From the NCBI RefSeq assembly GCF_006345805.1, contig NC_043000.1, positions 110,794,001-110,858,000 on the forward strand: a stretch of DNA of 64,000 bases, given 5' to 3'. The position numbers were made by a program, and so were the translations under genes. Below, in pieces: positions 13,052 through 23,384 of the stretch. How positions within the stretch are numbered: the stretch's first letter is position 1; each line of letters opens with the position of its first letter. The DNA comes from Octopus sinensis (lineage: Eukaryota). The notes under the pieces are model-generated. The model saw nothing but the letters and a program-made list of their open reading frames with translations. It was not told the DNA's origin and ran no database searches.

Positions 13052-13186
13052 TATATAAAAAAAATTTCTTTTTTCGTAATGAGATAAAAAAACCAAGGCT
13101 GTGTAGATTCTATTTATAAATGTTCTAAAATCCACACTGCCCTGTTTTTTTTTTATCTCATTACGGAAAAAAAAATTTATATATAT
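13052..13186. repeat. Imperfect inverted repeat (~55-bp arms, ~19-nt loop)
   Basis: CGTAATGAGATAAAAAAACCAAGGCTGTGTAGATT pairs with AATCCACACTGCCCTGTTTTTTTTTTATCTCATTACG. Confidence 0.8.
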
Positions 13187-13523
13187 AATCCAAATCGAGG
13201 GAGTGGAGCCGGTAAAATCCAGTTTACGTATGTTTCCTAATTAGCAGATCTTCTGATGTAATAATTACTCAACGAGACTGTACTCAGCTAGCTCTCACCA
13301 GGCTGAAGATACCTTAGTTATGTGAAAGTTATGCTGTCGTTAAGGAATCCCAAGTTAACTTGCTGAAAATAAAATTTGAAATTATGTGTGTGTGTGTATA
13401 TATATATATATGTACATACAAAATAAGAAAATGGAGAAATACATCTAAATCATTTATCAACTACCAGATAATACCCAATCATATACTTTATTAAACCACT
13501 ACATAAGAACATTAGGGTTAAAC

Positions 13524-13560
<37 letters not shown>

Positions 13561-13564
<4 letters not shown>

Positions 13565-13671
13565 TACAAAATTTAGAGGATTGACCACTACAAGTGGACA
13601 GCCTGTATGCTAGATATAGACGCCAAAAGGCTGTCCACTTGTAGTGGTCAATCCTCTAAATATTGTATGTA
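13561..13671. repeat. Near-perfect inverted repeat: 44-bp arms, one mismatch, 23-nt loop
   Basis: 13561-13604 is the reverse complement of 13628-13671 except at 13570/13662. Confidence 0.95.
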
Positions 13672-13989
13672 AAAAAATGTTTAATCTTCGGATTTTTTAA
13701 AATATGCTAGGCCACTGGTTTTAATTAATATCAATTTCTACCCTTATTTAATTATATATATATATATATATATCAAGGAATGCTGAATATATTACCTCAA
13801 ATGTGTGTGTGTGTGTATATCTATACATACGTACAACATGATGATAATAATAATAATAATAATAATAAAAACAAGTATCTGATCCTCCTTCGACAGTATC
13901 TGTTACAGTTGTTTCCTTTTAGTAAACTACCTACTTATAGCAGCAATATTAGTCTCCAAAGTGTGCCAATATTCTTTAGACAAGTGTAC

Positions 13990-14230
13990 TAGTAACGCCG
14001 TCCGTCATAGCTTGAGATTTTCTCTGTTGCCATATAATAATAAACACGTACTTCCCCTACACGTGTCTGTCTGTGTTCGCTTTCTCTCTCTCGCCTTCCC
14101 CACCATATTGACGCGTTTAGTCTTCTAGAAGTCTCTCGAAACTTTTTTTTTCTGGTAATTTCCTCTCCACCCCCACAAAAAGTGACGATGAAAATATGAA
14201 ACACACAAATCTTTTCTCGTCATTGGTTTA
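13990..14230 (-). promoter_or_regulatory. Candidate intronic promoter/enhancer (CpG-rich unique sequence)
   Basis: E-box CACGTG at 14060-14065, HSE-like TTCtaGAAgtCTCtcGAA at 14123-14140, and CCAATGACG on the minus strand at 14226-14218. Confidence 0.35.
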
Positions 14231-14252
14231 ATTATAGTTTGCTGAGTTATAA

Positions 14253-14462
14253 GGCGGCGAGCCGGGCGAAATGCTTAGCGGTATTTCGTCTGCCGTTATG
14301 TTCTGAGTTCAAATTCCGCCGAGGTCGACTTTGCTTTTCATCCTTTCGGGGTCGATAAATTAAGTACCAGTTACGCACTGGGGTCGATATTATCGTCTTT
14401 TTCCGTTTGTCTGTCCTTGTTTGTCCCCTCTATGTTTAGCCCCTTGTGGGCAATAAAGAAAT
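14253..14462 (+). mobile_element. SINE family B, CpG-intact copy
   Basis: Similar to the other family B copies. Confidence 0.85.
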
Positions 14463-15854
14463 ATATAGTTTGCTATGTTTGTCGGTATTAACTTCGTTTT
14501 CGTGCCTTCGTCACACCAACCACTTCCCGACTTTTTGTTTCCTCGTAGATTTTTCCCGTAATACGTATTCTTGAAATGAAATTTTATAGATTTAAATTGT
14601 CGAAGATGTAGATTTTTTTTTGTTAGTTTAAAAAAAATATATAAACCCAGAAAATTTTGTTTTAGCTTCCCAACGTCATGGTTTCGGGTTCAATTCCATT
14701 GCGGGGTCTCTTGGGCCGACCAAAGTCTTGTAAGAGGACTTGATAGACGGAAACAGAAAAAAATCCGTCGTGTGTGTGTGTTTGACCCCCCGCCGCTTAA
14801 GAACCGATACTGGTTTGTTTACGTTCCTGTCATCTAGCAGTTTGGCAGAAAAGAAAATGACCGACAGAATTAGTACTTAAAAAGATGAGGCCGATTTGTT
14901 CTACTGAAACCCTTAAAAGCTGTGCTTTGCTGTCCATGTCCTGAAACATGTAAAAGATACAAAATGAAGGAAACCAGTCCATCTCTTCCTTTGAATGTTT
15001 ATAATTGCTTAGAATCTTTGTAGAAAATGTCAAATAAGCGGTATTTTGTGTCTTTACGTTCTGAGTTCAAATTCCGCCGAGGTTGACTTTGCCTTTCATC
15101 TTTTCGGAGTCGATAAATTATATACCAGTTGCGTACTGGGGATCGATCTAATCGACTGGCCCCCTCCGCCAAAATTTTGTGCCTTGTGCTTAGAAGATTA
15201 TCTGATTGATATACAGATTATCAATATGAAATTTGGAGACACAATGAGGAATGTCTCCAGTTTGCGTTTCGTCTACTGTCAAAGAAAAAAAAAATGTTTC
15301 TGAAAACTTGATTTGTTTTGTGTTGTCAGATAAATTCGTACGTTTTTCTTCCATGGACCAAATTTTTGGCCCTTAACCCTCGAGTGAAGGCGATGGGCAT
15401 TGAGTATCATGACAGGATCTCGTCTGCTGGGGCACGGTTCTTTGTGGATGAGCTACTCAACAGGTTGGCTGTGGGGGGGGGGGGTGAAATTCCCACACCC
15501 CCTTGAAACGTGAAAACCATTTCTGTGCGATTCTTTCGCGTGACGTACGTGACAGTCAAAGACAAAGTGTGAAATATCTGAGCTGTAAATCTTTGAATAT
15601 TTACAGGAATTGTTTATGATTCATTTATCACGGTAAAGTTTGACTTTACAGGCAAGTATTAAGTAAAACAAAAACAAAAAAAAACTAATTTTACTTAGAA
15701 TGTACGGTAAGGATGTATAAAGCGTGACGTACATGACACCGTACAAAATAACTTTTTTTTCACCTGAAAATATTAACTGCCAATTCATCTGAATTTCTCC
15801 AGAACAGCATAAATGGCCTCATGGTGTTTAAATAATAATAATAATAATAATAAG

Positions 15855-15993
15855 TACAAAACCAAATATATGGCACCCTAGGCAAACACCAACACGAACT
15901 TCCAACTTGTCTCTTGAGGTCTCTGGGTGAGACTTGGAGCCAGCTTGTGCAAATATGTAAAGCAAAAGTCAAACATAGAATAATAATAATAAT
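15855..15993 (+). mobile_element. Possible 3' end of an R4/Dong-type LINE in a (TAA)n tract
   Basis: Segment GAGGTCTCTGGGTGAGACTTGGA... is flanked on both sides by (AAT)n. Dong elements are known to target TAA repeats. The family assignment is from recall only. Confidence 0.3.
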
Positions 15994-16184
15994 GAAATTA
16001 TTGTATACAGTGCTCAGGTGCCCCAAAACTTGTTAAAAGTGCGTATAAAGCATGTGCCTTAATGTACAAATGTCTGGGTGGGAAGTGAACAGTGTATGAG
16101 TCACATACATGCTTGCGTGTGTATGGAGGGGAAAAAAACATTAACTTTGAAATTTCGAAAACATGCTAATGAATTTTCTGGACA

Positions 16185-16540
16185 ACGATGTCTGCGGTCA
16201 CAATTCTCATTTGATGCGATGTGCAAGACAAAGCTGCAGTGATATTTTCAAGACAAACATTTTCATTATCTTCCAAAGAAATCGTCCCGATATCGATGTA
16301 TAGTCGAAAATGACCCATTTGAACGTACGTATAAAGGTTTATAGTGATTTTTCTGGGCATTCTAAAAATTTCCATGCGAATGGCTCTTCCGCGTAATTCT
16401 TTTAGTAATAGTGCCTTCTTTGTCCACAGCACAAATGTCTTTTGCGACTTCGGTAAGTTTGGAATCTTCTTTGAAACCGAAGAAGAGCAGGTGTCGAAGA
16501 GTGCCAATTTTTTTTTCTACTCGGTACTCCATCGACATAT
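16185..16540 (-). mobile_element. mariner transposase N-terminal remnant (HTH region to RIVTGD motif)
   Basis: The minus strand reads MEYRVEKKIGTLRHLLFFGFKEDSKLTEVAKDICAVDKEGTITKRITRK..GNF*. In another frame it continues ...MRIVTAD, resembling RIVTGDEKW. Confidence 0.75.
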
Positions 16541-16834
16541 CGCTGTAAAGAATTAAAATTTATTCCAATTTCAAAAAGGACAAACAACTGTTGCAGAAGA
16601 AGAAGAGAACTTTAAAAAATATCATAAAACACGAAAATATTTATTTCATGTTAATTCAATAACATTATAAGCATTAAATTAAAATAAAGTGGGGGAAAAA
16701 ACAGAAACGAATGGATTTATGTGACATTCCGATAGAGTTTAGACTGAACGTAAATTCGGAATTTCATTTAACATGTTGATAATAGAGGCTATCAGTGTCA
16801 TAGAGTTATTTTTATGTTGTGTGATGGTCACGGA

Positions 16835-17020
16835 AGGCGCGTGGCCCAGTGATTAGGGTTCCTGACTGGTTGTACGTTGCTCTCTTGAGCAAAACACTTC
16901 ATTTCATGTTGCTGAAGTCCACTCAGCTCCAAAAGCGAAATCCTGCGAAGAGACCGTTACCACCTCGGCTCCTCATACACCCTGAGAACCAGGCAGCCGC
17001 TCCTGTGAGTCATAGGACTT
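16835..17020 (+). mobile_element. tRNA-headed SINE (family D head), degenerate
   Basis: Reads GGCGCGTGGCCCAGTGATTAGG...CTTGAGCAAAACACTTCATTTCATGTTGCT...CCACTCAGCT, shared with 21488 and 31082. Confidence 0.55.
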
Positions 17021-18901
17021 GAGACAGTAGAGTCTAAAGCAGCGATTCCTGGCCCTTTTTTCACCCGTGGACTTCCTTTCATTTCTCTTTTACTCAGATG
17101 GACCCTCTTAGTCATTCGATACTTTAATATATCTTATATTTTTATCATTAAATATTATTAGATATTGTATATAAAAAAAATTGTTAAAATATTGTGTGTA
17201 CAAACATAAAGCTTTAACAATAAAATCTTATATGGATCCCTAAGGGTCATATGGGACCCAGTCGAGGAATGAACATGAGTTATTTATGAAACGAACAAAA
17301 GGATTTGAACATGTTTTCTTTCTTAATACAAAAGAAAAGCATAATTTTTTTTATACGAAAAAAATTGCATTGGCATAATCGTCATTTATGCCATCGAAAA
17401 CTTCTCTTCTGAAATTTTCATGAAAATAAATTAAAGACTACCAAATGAAAAAGAAATAATGTTGTAGGGATGATGGGGCCCTAAAGTGTACATATGTCTT
17501 CCGTAGTTGTCAAACTGATGACAATTTTATTTTCTCTTTATTTCTCTAATTTTATTTCTCTAATAATAAACATTATTACAAGACATTCTTTTATACAGCA
17601 TCCCTGTCTGTCTGTTTGTTCTCCACTTAACTCTTCTACAAAATGTTTTAGAAAAGTAATTAGTTTTTAACGCAATTAAGAATTTTCTAGACTCCATATT
17701 TTTTTTTTCAAATTTCGGATATTTTGTAGAAATTCTTTAATTTAAAGGTTAAATGGGGTGGTGGAAATATGGTTAAAATAGTAAAAATACTAAAAAAAAA
17801 AGATTTTAGATATTTTGCTTGAAGTTGTAACTCGTTTAATAAACAAATTAGAACTATAATTAATAATTAATTACACTCACACGTATGCGTGTGTGTATAT
17901 ATATATTTATATATGTGTGTGTGTGTGTATGTATATATATATATATATATATAAAAACTCATATTGTCTGGTTCTTCCTAGCCTCGTCGTTGTGGTCCTT
18001 TTTGCCATTTTCTCGCTGTTTATTATTATTATTATTATTATTATTATTGAATCGTGCTTTCTTTTGCCTTTCGTTACTGGAATTGTTGTTCTGAATTTTT
18101 ATTGTAATATCCTCAAACGAAATAAAAGATATCTAACGCTAAAAGACGGGGGTGGGGGAGGAAACAGGAAAAAATGATAAAAATATAGATTCTGGAATGT
18201 TTTAAGGAGCCAATGAATTTAGCTTCAGTTCACCTGTACCCGTTGTATCATTGTCGTAATAATAATAATAATAATAATAATAATGATAATAATAATAACC
18301 ATCGTCTTGGTCGTTATCATCATCATCATCGTCGTGGTCGTCGTCATCATAAACATCGTCAGTCATCACCATCATCATCATAATCGTTCGTCTTCGTGGT
18401 CATCATCATCATTGCCGTCATTTTCGCTATCCTTATCATTTTTAGAAATCTCGTAAAACATTAAAAAACATTATTATTATTATTATTATTATTATTCAAA
18501 CACTTAACACTCGATAAAGTCTTAGAAATATATATCGTCTACTTGATAAAAAAAGAAAGAAAGAAAGACCATTTTAGGGGGAATTTATTTTTAGCTGGAA
18601 CCGATTTTTGAATAATGGTGAAAATTGTCTGAGTCAGCACAACTGTTGTTGAAAACTCAGTCAAAACTAAGAACTCTGTAATAATAATAATAATGATGAT
18701 GATGATGATGAATTATTTATAATGATAGCAATGAAAATAATGATTCTTTTTTAAAATTATATTTAATGGTTTCTTAATTTCGTTTTTTATAAGGATTTCT
18801 TCATTCTTTCATGATGAAGTTGAAGTTACATTTTTTATGATGTCATAAACTGACGTTGATAAGGAGGAGATAGATAGACAGGCAGACAGAAAGACAGACA
18901 G

Positions 18902-18934
<33 letters not shown>

Positions 18935-19026
18935 CAGACAGACAGACTGACAGACAGACAGGGAGACAGACAGATAAATTGATAGACAGACAGATAGATA
19001 GATAGATAGGGGATAGAGAATGTATG

Positions 19027-19062
<36 letters not shown>

Positions 19063-19666
19063 TAGAGATAGAGACAGAGAAAGGAGGGAGAGAGAGAGAC
19101 AGCGAAATGAAGGAGAGATGGAAGAAAGGATGAAAGTGAGATAGACGGAGAGGAAGAGAGAGAGGCAGAAAGTTAGAGAGATAGTGTGTATGTGTGAGAG
19201 AGAGAGAGGAAAAGAGCGTAGAGAGGTGTTTGTGTAACACAGTGCTGTCTGTTAAGTGATGCCGGTTTCTCTCTCTCTCTCTCTCTCTCTCTGCTTCTGT
19301 CTGTGATCCAGTTGACGGATTCTGCCACGTTTGTAAGTTTTCGAAGAACAACAGCCCCGCAACTTGCTGCTAAAGACTTCTCCCTGCCATCGCACCTCCT
19401 CCTCCACACCATCAAACAAGCATCTGGTAACAGGGAGAGCCTGTTATCTTGTTTGCAAGGAAGATTTATATTTACTTAGAACATCTGCTGTTAAATGGTT
19501 GTGGGATTAGATATGTTAGGGAGGTGGAAATGTGAGGGAGACAGAAAAAAAATAATATTCTTCTTGCCTTGCTAAAATTCTACCGAGCCCTTAGAAAGTT
19601 GCCATTAATATAGTGGCTTGGATTTTCTTTTTTTTATGTTTGTGTTGTAAACCAAATATTTCATTT

Positions 19667-19970
19667 CATCATCATCATCATCATCGTTTAACGTCCGTTT
19701 TCCATGCTAGCATCGGTTGGACGGTTCGACCGGGGTCTGGGAAGCCAGACGGCTGCACCAGGCTCCAGTCTGATCTGGCAGTGTTTCTACAGCTGGATGC
19801 TCTTCCTAATGCCAACCACTCCGTGAGTGTAGTGGGTGCTTTTTACGTGCTACAGGCACAGGTGCCAGGCGAGGCTCGCAACGGCCACAATCGGTTGGTG
19901 CTTTTTATGTGCCACCGGCATGGAAGCCAGTCAAGGTGGCGCTGGCATCGGCCACATTCGGATGGTGCTT
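19667..19970 (-). mobile_element. SINE family C ((GAT)n tail; GGAAGGGCATCCAGCTGTAGAAA block), probably RTE-mobilised
   Basis: About 20 or more copies or fragments occur in the window (e.g. 3977, 10380, 26845, 27397, 39297, 50845, 53505, 55015, 61209). The (GAT)n tail is shared with the RTE fragment at 21697. Confidence 0.8.
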
Positions 19971-20631
19971 ATTTTTGAATTTGGTTTTGCAAGATTTTTT
20001 TATGTGAATTTGTGTTGAAATAAGTCTTGTCTTTTTGGGAGGATCATTACACCAATAACACGCACACACTGGTTCACTATCACTTTCTTGTTTGTCACTT
20101 GGTCAGATATCTAACCAACTAACAAATCAGTCATTTGTTTATCTATTTTGCATTAAACTGGCCATATCCAGCCCAAACATTCTACCTTTACATGTTCAAA
20201 TTGGCCAGGTCTGGCTTCTCACACCTACCCAACAATGCCATTCTAAAACTATACAAACACATCAATATCTCAAAACTATGAGATAATACATGACTGATTC
20301 AAAACAATGTTTTAAATTAATCCTGTGTTTTGTGAGGATCATTACACCAGTAATAACACACACACTGGTTGAATATTACTTCTTTTTTCACCCTTGTTGT
20401 GTTCAAACCCCCAACCCCACACTAGTCCTCATGCCCTGTCCCCCCCTTCTTGAATTCCCACTCTGTGCAGGTTTTCATACCACTGTTGACTTGCAAAAGT
20501 TCAAGGGCACCATTAATAGCACCAGCCTTACCAATGCGTGAAGGTCTTGGGTACTGTCCCTCCATCAAATCCAGCAAGTAAAAAGAAAAAAATGAAAAGT
20601 GAAGCCTATTAAAGTTTTATTTTATTAAAAA

Positions 20632-21025
20632 CTAGCAGTATCGCCCGGTGTTGCTTGGGTTTGTTTCGACCCTTTAGAATTGGAATCTTTGAAAAGTAAA
20701 AATTTTGCATTATGTAGCTTGTTATTCTCTTTAAGTGAATATTTTTCTGGTTGAAATATACCAAAAAATGGCGACACAGCAGTAAAAAAATCGTAAAAAA
20801 TTAGGATTTTCATAGAAAAAAAAAGCACCTTTTTGATGTAAATAATTTTTGGTGTTAACATGGTCCGATTTGAATTCTTTCTTCAACGGAATGAAAAGCA
20901 AGCCTTCTTCTATCATACTCTCAATTTTGGTCAACTTGTGCTGCAGGGTCTCGGAGGAGATAGTGTTAGTTGAAGGCTACCAAACCTGCCATACACAGAC
21001 AACTTCAGCTTTATATATAGAGAGA
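20632..21025 (-). mobile_element. Non-autonomous Helitron-like element
   Basis: On the minus strand it has an A|TC 5' start, a subterminal CCCAAGCAACACCGGG palindrome-like motif and a CTAG|T 3' end, with no TSD. Confidence 0.65.
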
Positions 21026-21487
21026 TTTTTGTTTTCAAAATTTTGATGCACAAAATCCTTCCATAAGGTTTGTCGAGAAAAAAAGAAAAGCATGCTGTGC
21101 CCACAACCCTTAGTTGCATTCCTAGACTGAGAAATTCAGTGTAGATATTAGCTTGAAATATTATTTCCTTCTATTACAGAGAATTCTCTTGGGAAAGCTG
21201 TTAGCCATATTTTACAGGAAAGAGAGAGAGAGAAGGTGTGAAATTAGGTCCAATAAAGTGGTTATGAACTTTGGGACTTCTGGGAAAATTCTGGATTTCA
21301 TAAGGGCCACATTTAACCAGCCATGCATGGAATGTTGATCTGCTATTTAGGTCAGTAGGGCTGATCAAGGCTGTATAATGTTTCCAACTGTTAACAACTG
21401 TTAATTGTGTAAGAGATATGAAACTGTTTCAGTCAGGAATTGAAACTGAGATGCATGGTTAGGAGCCCATTAAAAGCCTTATGAGTG

Positions 21488-22172
21488 ACATAGTGGTTAA
21501 GGTATTTGGCCCACGATTCTAAGGTCACGAGTTCAATTCCTGGCAATGTGTTGTGTCCTTCAGCAAGACATTTTATTTCCCCTTGGTCCAGTCCACTCAG
21601 CTGGCAAAAATGAATTGTACCAGTAATTCAATGGGCTAGCCTTGTCACATTCTGTATCATGCTGAATCTCCCTGAGAGTTAGATTAAGAGTACATGGCCA
21701 CCATGTGAGAGAAGTTCCAAAGAAGCGCTACAAAGACTGCCTCAAGAAGTCTCTAACAGCATGTCATATTAACCACCAGTGCTGGTCAGACCTGGCTGCG
21801 GACTGTGATGTCTGGCGCCACACGATCTTCAACGCAGTCAGCAAGTTTGGGGAACAAAGAAGAGATGCACTTAAAGACAAGAGATGCAGAAGGAAGGCAC
21901 GAGCCGCCTCTGTCACCACACCGGATGTTACCTTCGTCTGTGGACACTGCTCACGGACCTGCTTTTCCTATATCGGACTTGTCAGTCATGAGCGTGCATG
22001 CACGTGACATGGGCAGCCTTCCTGATCTTCGTTTGCGAAGCCGAGCCATGATGATGATGACATGTGTCTGTGGAGTACTGAGCCACTTGCATGTTAATTT
22101 CACGAGCAGAGGCTGTTCCATTGATTGGATCAGCTGGAACCTTCATCGTTATAACCAGCAGAGTGCCAGTGC
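21488..22172 (+). mobile_element. tRNA-headed SINE (family D head, E-type tail) split by an RTE insertion
   Basis: A/B-box-like TAGTGGTTAAGG...GAGTTCAATTCC. The tail CCTTGTCACATTCTG...GTGTCTGTGGAGT.CT.AGCCACTTGCATGTTAATTTC is also present at 22355-22515 and 46213-46371. Confidence 0.7.
21697..22059 (+). mobile_element. 5'-truncated RTE-clade LINE (ORF C-terminus with terminal C2H2-like finger, 3' UTR, (GAT)n tail)
   Basis: Encodes PKKRYKDCLKKSLTACHINHQCWSDLAADCDVWR...FVCGHCSRTCFSYIGLVSHERAC*. Flanked by an ACATG duplication (21692-21696 / 22060-22064). Confidence 0.85.
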
Positions 22173-22587
22173 CTTCCTGAAAGTCTTATACTCCCCTGTT
22201 GCCATAATGTAACATACCATTTCTGGAGTATCAAGCCACATTTTGTCATAACAACTTGTTCTCATCAACCCTTTCTGACATTCCGATGCTCTACATCTCT
22301 ACAGCCCTTCTCTTAATGCTTCACCTCATCTCTCTGACCTTAAACATTTTATTGCCTTGTCACATTCTGTGCCACACTGAATCTCCCTGAGAACTATGTT
22401 AAGGGTACACGTGTCTGTGGAGTATTCAGCCACTTGCATGTTAATTCCACAAGCAGGCTGTTCCATTGATTGGATCAACAGGAAATCTTGTCATCATAAC
22501 AGACAGAGCACCAGTTTTTTTTTAATAGATGTGTATAGCATGGAAAACGGACATTAAACGATGTGTGTGTGTGTATATATATATATA

Positions 22588-22630
<43 letters not shown>

Positions 22631-22731
22631 TGAGGATGATGATGATGATGTGTGCATGTATGTATGTATACATGTGTATGTGTGTGCATGTATATATGAG
22701 TTTGTTTATGCTAGCATGCTTTTACAAGTGT

Positions 22732-22958
22732 TACTGTTCATTATTTACATTTGACGGATATTTGTCCTCATCTTGTTTGTTGTTAACACAACGTTTTGGC
22801 TGATATACCCTCCAGCCTTCATCAGGTGTCTTGGGGAAATTTTGAACCTGGGTTCTCATTCCTAAGGTATTTTTCGATGTTGTTGTTGTCACTGCTTGGA
22901 ATCAAACTCGAAATCTTAGGGTTAGTAGCCTGTGCTCTTAACCACTAAGCCATATGCT
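22732..22958 (-). mobile_element. tRNA-headed short element with a hammerhead-ribozyme motif (Penelope-like tail)
   Basis: The minus strand reads TGGCTTAGTGGTTAAGAGC...GAGTTTGATTCC (A/B boxes), then ACAC-CTGATGA-A-GGCTG-gagggtatat-CAGCC-AAAAC-GTT-GTGT (22829-22786). Confidence 0.7.
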
Positions 22959-23384
22959 CGTTACTGTTGTTGTCACTTCTCCTGTTAATTAATCATTCTT
23001 TCACGTCATGTCTTCAAAGACCTGAGAAATAGGCAAAGGTTAGCAACAGGAAGGGCATCCAGTTGTAAAACAATGCCTCAATAATATACACATGTCCTTC
23101 CTAACACCAGCCCCTTTACAGAATGGACATGGTGCTGGCATGAATACTTTGTATGTGGCACCATCATGGGTGCTTTATTCTTGACACCGGTATGGGACAT
23201 CTCTTTGAAAGGATGGTAAGAAATGGCAGAATGACAAATGATTTTCCTCATATCTTTAGTTCAGTCGAAATGGCTGACTCTTTACTGTCAAACTTCGATA
23301 TTATATAAACAACATTTTATGTATATTGTTGTGTTATAATTTTGTAATTTGGTAATATTCCAGTTGTAGTTTGTTTTGTTTCTG

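Noticed and set aside
16166-16507. 113-aa minus-strand ORF in unique-looking sequence
   Set aside because: It is explained as a frameshifted mariner transposase remnant.
20038-20380. GAGGATCATTA (like the 18S rRNA 3' end) occurring twice in a ~55-bp direct repeat
   Set aside because: It is only a short word match with no other rRNA sequence. The direct repeat is degenerate and likely part of a MITE-associated repeat.
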